Shown here: in pieces, positions 26,750 to 34,983 of the stretch
How positions within the stretch are numbered: the first letter of the stretch is position 1
How the letters are laid out: every line of letters starts with the position of its first letter
DNA from: Candidatus Heimdallarchaeota archaeon
GTDB lineage: Archaea > Asgardarchaeota > Heimdallarchaeia > Heimdallarchaeales > Heimdallarchaeaceae
NCBI GenBank assembly: GCA_030603365.1
Contig: JAUVXV010000008.1
Location: 1-64,000, forward strand
Length of the DNA: 64,000 bases
Reading direction: 5' to 3'
The notes under the pieces: generated by a model
What the model saw: only the letters and a program-made list of their open reading frames with translations
The model's database searches: none
Told to the model about the DNA's origin: nothing
Made by a program: the position numbers and the translations under genes

Positions 26750-27280
26750 TTACCAGAATGATTTTGCATATTTCTTGCTAATTGTGCTTGCTTTCTTTAT
26801 GAACTTCTTTTTATCATTTAAGAACTCCAATGCTGCCTCTTTATTGAAAACATCTTTAGGATTCACATAAGCTCCTTCAATGTTAAACATTGCAAGAATT
26901 GAGTGAATTACAGTAGTGATATTCTTTGCCGGTGACCATCCATCATGATTTCCGATTAATTCATTATCAACTAAAGCTAGACAGATGTTACGCTTTTTGG
27001 GATATTCTTTAGGATTTGGCCAAAAATTGGGATGCCAAATTGGAGTGTGAAGTCGTACAAATGGAGGTTTGTAGGGGTAATTTGGACCGAAGAATAGCTC
27101 AAGTTTATATTTTCCTCCTACATATGGAGTCCCTTTAGGACCGACAAAACCTATAGCTATGTGATCCATCGATTTCTTTTTAGCTGGGAATGCTTTAACT
27201 TGAGAGATTATTCCTTCTCTATGAAGTTTTCTTAGTGCATTATAATCTTTGATTACTCTTTGTTTTCTAATTTTTATCAC
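26750..27280 (-). CDS. Ubiquitin-conjugating enzyme E2 (UBC fold)
   Basis: GPKGTPYVGGKY.L, YPYKPP.V, IWHPN...ICL (catalytic Cys), WSPA..I.TVI.SI, FN.EAA. Confidence 0.93.
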   Translation of the reverse strand: MIKIRKQRVIKDYNALRKLHREGIISQVKAFPAKKKSMDHIAIGFVGPKGTPYVGGKYKLELFFGPNYPYKPPFVRLHTPIWHPNFWPNPKEYPKKRNICLALVDNELIGNHDGWSPAKNITTVIHSILAMFNIEGAYVNPKDVFNKEAALEFLNDKKKFIKKASTISKKYAKSFW

Positions 27281-27421
27281 CGCTTATTTACCAGAATCAA
27301 TTCGGTTTGAACCCTGAATCAACAATTATTTAGTCCAAGAATTGATATTAAAACTTTATTTTAAAGGTATACAAATAAAAACTAAATCTTTCTACTTTAA
27401 AATTAGTAAATTAGGAGATAA

Positions 27422-27991
27422 TTAGAAAAGTTGCCATAGTATGTATTGCTCTTCTCCTAATTTTAGAATGAACTTTTCTTTTAGGAATACCTGTTTAATT
27501 TCATTGATTTCTTCTTGAGAAGGTCTCATACCAAGATAAAATAAACTTTCATATGGCCATTCATTTTTGAACCAATCTATCAGCTGTTTGAGTATTTTTT
27601 CAAATAGATTTTGTTCCCATCCTTTGGGTGTTATCCAAAAGGAAATTCCAGGATCATTATCTTCTAACTCTAAATGATCACACATTCTATCGTTGAAAAA
27701 AGCGAATTTCAAGAAAGGAGAAATAGGTTTGACGAATAAACACCCATAACATACTGATTCATCTTTATTCAAGATAGTATAAGCAAATTCTATCTTGTTG
27801 TTATGATCCAGTTCATGTTTTGATATTTGTTCTAGATTTACATCTTTTGGAAAGCTTTCAGGTCTAAAACCACTCTCAATAGCTGCTTGATAATCAAGTT
27901 CATTATCAGTACTTAGTAGTTGTCTTATCTTAATATTATCAAAAGTTAGTTCCTTAGGAACTTCCTTATTATCAGGAAAAAAGGCATCCAT
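27422..27991 (-). CDS. GNAT-fold acetyltransferase-like protein
   Basis: IRQL...D.ELDY.A, HE.DH..K.EFAYTIL..DE..CYGCLFVKP, SFWI, WF..EWPY. Confidence 0.6.
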   Translation of the reverse strand: MDAFFPDNKEVPKELTFDNIKIRQLLSTDNELDYQAAIESGFRPESFPKDVNLEQISKHELDHNNKIEFAYTILNKDESVCYGCLFVKPISPFLKFAFFNDRMCDHLELEDNDPGISFWITPKGWEQNLFEKILKQLIDWFKNEWPYESLFYLGMRPSQEEINEIKQVFLKEKFILKLGEEQYILWQLF

Positions 27992-28108
27992 GATTGAGTC
28001 TATTTTTAGACTCTTATAAACGTTAACAATTCAATTTCGCAGAAAAGAACAATATTCTAAATTCCTCTGAAGATAGGTTTAATTAGTTTAATAGAGAGAA
28101 ATTATACA

Positions 28109-28885
28109 ATGGAAATCATTGACGCCCATGCTCACATTCTTTCCACTCCAGATTATGTACTTGATTTAATGACTGAAATGAATAGGTTAGAAATTTCCAA
28201 AGCTTGCATTAGTGGTCTTGGTTCAATGTTCAATTCGGTAACTAACAAAGAAATTCTCAAAATAGTTGATGATTTTTCACCTAGATTAATCGGCACATAT
28301 TTTGTTCGACCTGGGGTTACTAATGCTCTAGAGATTCAAGATGCATATTCACAAGGATTCAAAATGCTTAAAGTAGCCATTCCAAAGAAACCCTACAATG
28401 ATCAATCTTTCTTACCTCTATGGGGAGCAGCTCAAAGGTTGAATATGCCTGTTCTTTTTCATACTGGGATTATTACTGTTGCTGAATCATCACCTAAAGA
28501 TATTATCCTATCACTTGACATGCATCCTTTGCGTGTAGAACCGATTGCGAATATGTTTCCAGATTTAAACATCATTTTGTCTCAACTTGGTGGTCATTGG
28601 AACAGAGATGCAGCAGAACTAGTACGAATGAGAGCAAATGTCTTTGTTGATTTGACAGGAGAACAAGATGGTTGGCGCCAGAGGATAGAGAGTGAAGGAT
28701 TGGAGAAATATCTATACTGGCCAAATGCTTTTCAAGATATAGTTTTCGGTACCAATACAGAACCATCAAAAATAAAACAGATTCTCAGTGAGGATAGAGA
28801 CAGATATAACAAATTGAATCTTGATGAAAAAACTATTGAAATGATATTTTCAACCAACATAAAGAAAATGCTCAATTTATCTTAG
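28109..28885 (+). CDS. Amidohydrolase_2 family protein (two metal ligands substituted)
   Basis: IIDAHAH, PVLFHTG, FPDL.IILSQLG (normally AH), FGTN (normally FG[ST]D). Confidence 0.8.
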   Translation: MEIIDAHAHILSTPDYVLDLMTEMNRLEISKACISGLGSMFNSVTNKEILKIVDDFSPRLIGTYFVRPGVTNALEIQDAYSQGFKMLKVAIPKKPYNDQSFLPLWGAAQRLNMPVLFHTGIITVAESSPKDIILSLDMHPLRVEPIANMFPDLNIILSQLGGHWNRDAAELVRMRANVFVDLTGEQDGWRQRIESEGLEKYLYWPNAFQDIVFGTNTEPSKIKQILSEDRDRYNKLNLDEKTIEMIFSTNIKKMLNLS

Positions 28886-28948
28886 TTTCACTTTCAAAGA
28901 AGGGTAAATATTTTCTCTGTTTTTATATCTAAATGTCATTAAATATAC

Positions 28949-29167
28949 ATGATAAACGAGCTATTTGTTTCCCAATATAATATCGCTGAATGTAGTATTG
29001 ATGGAGAAGAATGGATAGATATTTCAGAGATAGCGGTTTTGTGTGCAGTTAACAATCATTATTGTACTAAAGATTTGGATGCTGTTTTGATTCACTATAA
29101 TAATGGTCACATAGTTCCTGTTGAATTTGTACTGTATAGGAAAAAAGATGTAGCAAGACTCATTTAA
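28949..29167 (+). CDS. Small hypothetical protein
   Basis: 72 aa ORF co-oriented between two genes, protein-like composition. Confidence 0.45.
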   Translation: MINELFVSQYNIAECSIDGEEWIDISEIAVLCAVNNHYCTKDLDAVLIHYNNGHIVPVEFVLYRKKDVARLI

Positions 29168-29220
29168 AATTAATATTCAATCAAAAGAGATATCATTCTA
29201 TTCCACTTAGTAATACTGTA

Positions 29221-29811
29221 ATGTATTCCTTTGATCTTTGGTATCTGACTAATCCTAAACTTGAAGGAGAAGCAGATGAAGAGCTAGTCAATTTAGTTGA
29301 TGAACTCAAAAAGGGTAAAGCTTTAGACATTGGTTGTGGTCAGGGAAGAAACACATTATACTTAGCAAGCTTAGGGTATGAAGTTGTGGGTATTGATGGA
29401 TCGAATATTGCCATTCTGCAGTTGATGGAAAACGCTAAAGTTTTAGGTTTAAACATAGAATGTGAAACTTGTTTTATATCCGATTTTCAATTTGGGGAGC
29501 AATTTGATTTGATTGTATTCAGCTATGTTCTTCATTATATATTAGAGAGACCTGAACAGATAAGTTTCTTATACAAAATTATGGATTATACAAGTGTTGA
29601 TGGTATAGTTTTTATCAAAGTACCACTAACTGAAATGCAACTAGAAAGCCTGTCTTTAAAAGAAGGGTTGTTGAACAGAATATTCACACACTCACACTAT
29701 GAATGGGAAATCATGTATGATTACATCAAACTTAGTGGAGAAAAGAAGGATTTTGAGACAAATGTTTTTATTGCAAGGAAATTAGGTATAAAAGAAAATC
29801 AGATGAATTGA
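29221..29811 (+). CDS. Class I SAM-dependent methyltransferase (TehB-like)
   Basis: ALDIGCGQGRN.LYLA..G.EV.GID, FDLIV...VLHY. Confidence 0.88.
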   Translation: MYSFDLWYLTNPKLEGEADEELVNLVDELKKGKALDIGCGQGRNTLYLASLGYEVVGIDGSNIAILQLMENAKVLGLNIECETCFISDFQFGEQFDLIVFSYVLHYILERPEQISFLYKIMDYTSVDGIVFIKVPLTEMQLESLSLKEGLLNRIFTHSHYEWEIMYDYIKLSGEKKDFETNVFIARKLGIKENQMN

Positions 29812-29820
29812 ATTGCTTAA

Positions 29821-30465
29821 TTATTCTTTTTCATCAAACTCATATCCACTAGCTTTCCAAGCTTCGTACATTTCTGGGTTTTTCTTTAGAAACTCATCTC
29901 TGATTTCTTTTGGAACACGATTAAGGATGCAAGAGAAATTAATACAATCTGTACAAACCTTCCACTGAATAACAATATACCATAATACTACTCCAAATAT
30001 ACAAAGACCTAGAAACACCCATTTCTGCCCTACAGCTAAAAATACTATAGGGATTAGAAACATAATATTGGCTCCTATTAAGAATTGTATTTTTTTCCAA
30101 ATACCAGCTGGTCCTGGATTGAATTTGAATTTTATCAGAAGACCATAGTTTATTGAACAATGTAATGTTCTTGTTTCTCCTTCTGCATAATAAGGGCAGT
30201 GAGAACAAAGAATAGGAGGTTCCCAAACCAAGAAGAAGAAAATCATATATCCAATCAAGACCAAAGTTGAAATCAAGTTTAGAGGAAAAGTTAAGAGAAT
30301 GAGACCCACAAAAGCTGGTACAAATCCTACTAAAAATGTGATAGCAAAAATTATTGTGTATTTTTTATTCAGGTGACAGTGCAACCTACCCTTAAGTTTA
30401 CAGTCCTCACAATTTTCTTCATCTTCCCAAATGCATATACAGTGAGGATTTTTATCGTTCATCAA
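29821..30465 (-). CDS. Four-TM Cys-rich (metal-binding) membrane protein of unknown function
   Basis: C.W....C..C.L...L.C, CSHCPYY...LHC, CTDCINFSC.LN around 4 TMs. Confidence 0.7.
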   Translation of the reverse strand: MMNDKNPHCICIWEDEENCEDCKLKGRLHCHLNKKYTIIFAITFLVGFVPAFVGLILLTFPLNLISTLVLIGYMIFFFLVWEPPILCSHCPYYAEGETRTLHCSINYGLLIKFKFNPGPAGIWKKIQFLIGANIMFLIPIVFLAVGQKWVFLGLCIFGVVLWYIVIQWKVCTDCINFSCILNRVPKEIRDEFLKKNPEMYEAWKASGYEFDEKE

Positions 30466-30484
30466 ATTGATAATTTATTATTTA

Positions 30485-31762
30485 CTATAAAACTTCTGTG
30501 CTGCTGAGTTTATCTTTTCGTAATCGATTGAAGATATAAAATACAGTAGCCATTATAATTGCACCAATTCCATAAATCATTGAAGCTTTGAGCATAGAGA
30601 AAATTCCCATTGAGGATGAATCAGCAATGAATCCTAATATTAGAATACCTGATACATATCCAAATGTTCCAGCTGCATTCATAATTCCAAACGCTGTCGC
30701 TCTTCGTTCTTCTGATGAAAATTTTGATACTATTGAGTATAAAGTAACAATAGAGAGAGGATACATAGGTAAACTATAGATCAAAATAAATAGAATCCAA
30801 TTCAACGGAAACATCATCATGAAGAAGTACATTACGAACGTCCAAATAGAAAAGACTAAGACTAACAATGTATTTGTATGATGTTTTTTCACCCGTCCCA
30901 GCAGAATTGACATTGGGATTGCTAGAGCAGTCTTTAGAATCAGATACAGTGAATAAATACCTCCATCAATCTTTAAAGTTTCAAGAAAGTAAATCGAGGT
31001 AAACGCCCAAAAACCCCCTGTTATCTGCCATACAATGAATGTTAGAATTACTAGTGAAAACAATATAGGTAGGTAGGTTAATGGCTTTTTTTTGTTTTGT
31101 TCTTTGGGTTCATCTGCTTTCTGTACAGGTTTTGTTTTGATTTGAGAAACAAATAGTAGAGAAACTATGCAAAATATTACCGCCAAACCCAGCTGAATCC
31201 TCATAGAAATAATTTTCTCTTCTTCAGGATACAGATCATAAATCCATCCTACTATTGGACTCATAATTACCCATGAAAAACTGATACTTGCAATCATTTT
31301 AGCAAATACTAAGGATTTTGGTTTATCTATTGTTTTAACTCCTAAAGCATAGAAGTTAGAGGTTTGAGCTGCACCCAAAAGACTTCCTATCAATACAGCA
31401 ATCAAGAAATATATTGAGGAAGTTGTGAAAATCAAACTAAAGAAGAGAATAGCATACGCTGAAATGCCTAAAAAAACAAATCTCTTAATACCGAATTTAT
31501 CTGCTAAATATCCCCAGATTGATGTCCCAATTGCTACTGCTATACTTGGTATAGCTACTACAAGACCAATTATTAGGAATGAATCAACTTTGAAAAGTTG
31601 TTGCAACCAAAAAGGTGCATAAGGCTCATAATTTGCAAATGCTGCTCCAATAAAAAAGAAACTAACTAAAAGGAATATTTCATTCCTCTCGAAGTTAAGC
31701 CAATCACTTGAGAGGATTCTTTCTTTAACGGAGCTTGTTTGTTTAGGTTGCATAGGTATCAA
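30485..31762 (-). CDS. MFS transporter
   Basis: About 12 TMs, WGYLADKFG.KR (motif A), ERRATAFG. Confidence 0.9.
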   Translation of the reverse strand: MIPMQPKQTSSVKERILSSDWLNFERNEIFLLVSFFFIGAAFANYEPYAPFWLQQLFKVDSFLIIGLVVAIPSIAVAIGTSIWGYLADKFGIKRFVFLGISAYAILFFSLIFTTSSIYFLIAVLIGSLLGAAQTSNFYALGVKTIDKPKSLVFAKMIASISFSWVIMSPIVGWIYDLYPEEEKIISMRIQLGLAVIFCIVSLLFVSQIKTKPVQKADEPKEQNKKKPLTYLPILFSLVILTFIVWQITGGFWAFTSIYFLETLKIDGGIYSLYLILKTALAIPMSILLGRVKKHHTNTLLVLVFSIWTFVMYFFMMMFPLNWILFILIYSLPMYPLSIVTLYSIVSKFSSEERRATAFGIMNAAGTFGYVSGILILGFIADSSSMGIFSMLKASMIYGIGAIIMATVFYIFNRLRKDKLSSTEVL

Positions 31763-31815
31763 GTTGGGTCAGATATTAGAGTAAGGAAATATTAATCTCT
31801 TAATAGCTTTGTGTA

Positions 31816-32364
31816 CTATATCTGACGGATATCATCCCACACATAACCAACTACTTGATATTCTTTTCCTTCCCTTTGATCAATCATCGAATCTTTTGCT
31901 AATCCACCAATTTTCTCATAAAATATACATGCAGGATTTTCTTTTAGAACCCAGATTACCATTGTTCTATAATTGCATGTCTTAAGAAACTTAAGCATTT
32001 CTTGATACAGCTGAGTTCCAATTCCTTGTTTTTGATATTCTTGAAGTATATAGAATGCATACATTTCACAATCATAGGATTGCTCTTTGTGAAAAACTTC
32101 TCCCCCTGCAACGAAACCTACAATTTTACTATTTTCATTTTCTGCAACAATTATTTTTCTATTTGGATAATCAGCTGAATCCCCTTCAAAACCTTTCCAA
32201 TTTTTTTTCAAATGTTCGATTCTGCTTTCTGGTGTTCGAGACCTTATGTAATCATCTGGAAAGATGCCAGTATAGGTTGTTAACCAAGAATGATATTGAA
32301 CATATGCTATTCCTTCTACATCAGAACGTTTTGCTTGTCTAATGATAATTTTATTCTCTGTCAA
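31816..32364 (-). CDS. GNAT N-acetyltransferase
   Basis: IRQAK..D, SWLTTY.GI, YQKQGIGTQL, N.AC.FYEKIGG. Confidence 0.9.
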   Translation of the reverse strand: MTENKIIIRQAKRSDVEGIAYVQYHSWLTTYTGIFPDDYIRSRTPESRIEHLKKNWKGFEGDSADYPNRKIIVAENENSKIVGFVAGGEVFHKEQSYDCEMYAFYILQEYQKQGIGTQLYQEMLKFLKTCNYRTMVIWVLKENPACIFYEKIGGLAKDSMIDQREGKEYQVVGYVWDDIRQI

Positions 32365-32870
32365 CTTTCCTTTCTCCAGACTATTTCAACTAAATCTAAT
32401 CCTTCTTTATAATCAACTTTTTCTTTTCTAATCTTAAAATCATGCTTTTGATAAAAACCCAGAGGACTAGGGTATATAGACCCATCCTCTCTCGTGTAAC
32501 CATCTTTTGGTGTACACCAGCCATGAAGCTTATCATACAGCTGTTTGGCTTTGTTTACAAGGACAGTGCCTATACCTTTTTGTTGAAAACCTCTTTGTAT
32601 AACCATCGAAAACCATGGGACTAATTTCTCTTTCTTACTTTGTCTGATAATCATTAGACCAACAAGTTTAGAACCTTCAGAAGTTATATTTCTTGCAGTA
32701 ATGATTTTGATCTTATCATCTATATTTAGTAATCGTCTTTTAGCATATTCAATTGTTACTCTGTCTAAAATAGTTGGATATTCTGAATTGAACATATTCT
32801 GATATACAGTACAGTCTTCCTCATCAATATTAGTATAGTCCTCAACTGAATAGGCAATTCTTTCATCCAT
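32361..32870 (-). CDS. GNAT N-acetyltransferase
   Basis: FQQKGIGT.LV..AK, Y.SPLGFYQKHDF. Confidence 0.8.
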   Translation of the reverse strand: MDERIAYSVEDYTNIDEEDCTVYQNMFNSEYPTILDRVTIEYAKRRLLNIDDKIKIITARNITSEGSKLVGLMIIRQSKKEKLVPWFSMVIQRGFQQKGIGTVLVNKAKQLYDKLHGWCTPKDGYTREDGSIYPSPLGFYQKHDFKIRKEKVDYKEGLDLVEIVWRKES

Positions 32871-32947
32871 CTAGTATACTATTCATTCCAGAGATTTAAG
32901 ACTTATTGAAAAACTTATATCCTTACTAGCAAGTTTTTAAGGTTATT

Positions 32948-34114
32948 TTGGTTTTTAGAGATATGGATTATGATGTAGTCATTGCAGGAGGAGGTGTAGC
33001 AGGTTCTACAGCAGCTCGATTTTTAGCTGAATCTGGATTCAAGACGCTTTTTGTTGAAAGACACAAAACACCTAGAAATAAACCATGTTCAGGGATTCAA
33101 TTTGGATACTTTGAAAAAATCCTAGGTGTTAAAATTCCAAGAGAACGTTTGTGTAATATTGAACTTAAAAAAATTAAGATGTATCTACCAGATGGCAGTT
33201 CATTTGGTTCTCATTTCAAAATGTTCAATTTTATGAGAAAACCTTTCGATGATTGGTTAAATATTATAGCCCAGGATGCTGGTGCTGAATTTATTGATGA
33301 GTGTGTCTGCCAAAGTGTTGAAGAAAAAGATGGTTACAATAAAGTTACACTAGTGAAAACTAAAGAAAAAGAAACTGTTAATCTTACAGCAAAATATGTC
33401 ATAGATGCTTCAGGTCTTCGACCAAAGCTACGTAACCAAATTCGTCCTCAAGATTTCTCTTCCGACTTTCAGGGAGCAACATTGAATTACTACATTGATG
33501 GAGAAGCAGATTTAGACCCGGAAACTCTGTATCAATTCTGGAATATGGACTGGAACAATGCAATGTTTGCTTGGATCTATATTAAAACCTTAGATGATGG
33601 AAAAGACTATTGGGTTGTTGGTACAGGATACAATAATGATGATATAACAAAAAGACAAGAATTATTCTATACTGCAATGAAAGAAAAATTCAATATCACT
33701 GGTGAAATTGTTAAACGTGAGGGATATAAAACCTCAATGAATATGTATTCTAAGGACCGTGTATGGCTTGGGCAAAACAGGATTTTGATGGTTGGAGATG
33801 CAGCTGGTTTAGTTGATATGGTTAGAGGAGTAGGTATGGATGCAGCTGCTCTTTCAGGTCGGTTAGCTGCTAAAGCAATAATGAAGGCAGAGAAGAAAAA
33901 TTCTGAAGTATTGAAAGTTTATTCCAAATTCATGAAACGAGTAACTTCTCAAACAATCCGAAATCAGCAGAGAGAAATAAATATTTTCAAGACAAATGAA
34001 GAATTGCACACCTACATGAAGAAAAGTATGGTGAAAATGGGAATCAAGATGATACTACAGTCTAATCTCAATAAAATTCGTTCTCCAGAAAAACAAGTTT
34101 TACTCCCACAATAG
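32948..34114 (+). CDS. Geranylgeranyl reductase family FAD-dependent oxidoreductase
   Basis: DVVIAGGGVAGS, PRNKPCSG, R..FDDWL...A..AGA, VIDASG, LMVGDAAG.V....G.G. Confidence 0.85.
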   Translation: MVFRDMDYDVVIAGGGVAGSTAARFLAESGFKTLFVERHKTPRNKPCSGIQFGYFEKILGVKIPRERLCNIELKKIKMYLPDGSSFGSHFKMFNFMRKPFDDWLNIIAQDAGAEFIDECVCQSVEEKDGYNKVTLVKTKEKETVNLTAKYVIDASGLRPKLRNQIRPQDFSSDFQGATLNYYIDGEADLDPETLYQFWNMDWNNAMFAWIYIKTLDDGKDYWVVGTGYNNDDITKRQELFYTAMKEKFNITGEIVKREGYKTSMNMYSKDRVWLGQNRILMVGDAAGLVDMVRGVGMDAAALSGRLAAKAIMKAEKKNSEVLKVYSKFMKRVTSQTIRNQQREINIFKTNEELHTYMKKSMVKMGIKMILQSNLNKIRSPEKQVLLPQ

Positions 34115-34150
34115 TTTCTGTTTTCTCCATTTTAGATTTTTCAATATCAC

Positions 34151-34190
34151 AACTTGTGTTCACAATATGTGAGCAAGTTACTTTTAAATA
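34151..34190 (+). promoter_or_regulatory. Inverted repeat abutting a TATA-like box
   Basis: AACTTG-TG-TTCACA-ATA-TGTGAG-CAAGTT (34151-34179) followed by TTTTAAATA. Confidence 0.4.
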
Positions 34191-34218
34191 AGGACCTATG
34201 TTAGGACAGGTGCAAAAA

Positions 34219-34323
34219 ATGCGAAAACCAACAAAAATAACTGAAAAAATCAAACAAGACTTAAAGAAGGAGAGACGAAATGCAATTAACTCTCTAATTA
34301 TGCTCAAAGGATCTCTCTTCTAA
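34219..34323 (+). CDS. 34-aa basic microprotein
   Basis: MRKPTKITEKIKQDLKKERRNAINSLIMLKGSLF*, preceded by an AGGTG SD and a TATA-like box. Not in the ORF track. Confidence 0.4.
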   Translation: MRKPTKITEKIKQDLKKERRNAINSLIMLKGSLF

Positions 34324-34398
34324 CCTTTTATTTTATTCTTCTGTCTATGTAAAACTTAAAAGTAAGTCACTCTTTCTTTTACTGTATAAGGTGATTAT

Positions 34399-34935
34399 TT
34401 GGCTAGTCGAAAAACACATCTTTTTGGTGGCACTCTTTTTTGGGGCCTTGCAATAGGCATTTTCTATGCTCTTGATCTAAAAACCAGCTTTATTGATTTA
34501 GGTTTGTCAGGTACTATACCTGATTTAGAATTTCATTCTCTATGGATAGTATTATCGTTCATGGCGTGTCATTTTGGAGCACAATTACCTGATTATGATT
34601 TACTTTGGGATAAAATTCTACCTCACAGGAATGTTATAACTCATTCATTCTTCTTACCCTTAGTAATCTCAATTCCAATATTTTTTGTTCAAGAATCAAC
34701 ACAATTTCTTGTTCCAATTTACGCATTTTATCATATAGGACATGCATCGCATCTTTTCTTAGATTTAAAACCAAAAGATTGGAAAGGAACTGCTCTTGTA
34801 CATATTTTCTGGGCAAATGATAATGGAAGAAAAACTATGCCACCAAAAGTATCTAGATTATTTTTACTAATCAATGGTTTAATAGTTTTGTCAGCAGGTA
34901 TTATACTTCTATACTTCTTCCAACTGTGGATTTAG
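34399..34935 (+). CDS. Membrane-bound metal-dependent hydrolase (YdjM-like)
   Basis: THL, GAQLPDYD, HRN.ITHS, GH.SHLFLD. Confidence 0.85.
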   Translation: MASRKTHLFGGTLFWGLAIGIFYALDLKTSFIDLGLSGTIPDLEFHSLWIVLSFMACHFGAQLPDYDLLWDKILPHRNVITHSFFLPLVISIPIFFVQESTQFLVPIYAFYHIGHASHLFLDLKPKDWKGTALVHIFWANDNGRKTMPPKVSRLFLLINGLIVLSAGIILLYFFQLWI

Positions 34936-34983
34936 CAAACTTCTTCTTTTTTACTTTTTCTTTCTCAAATCAGTAGAAACAAA

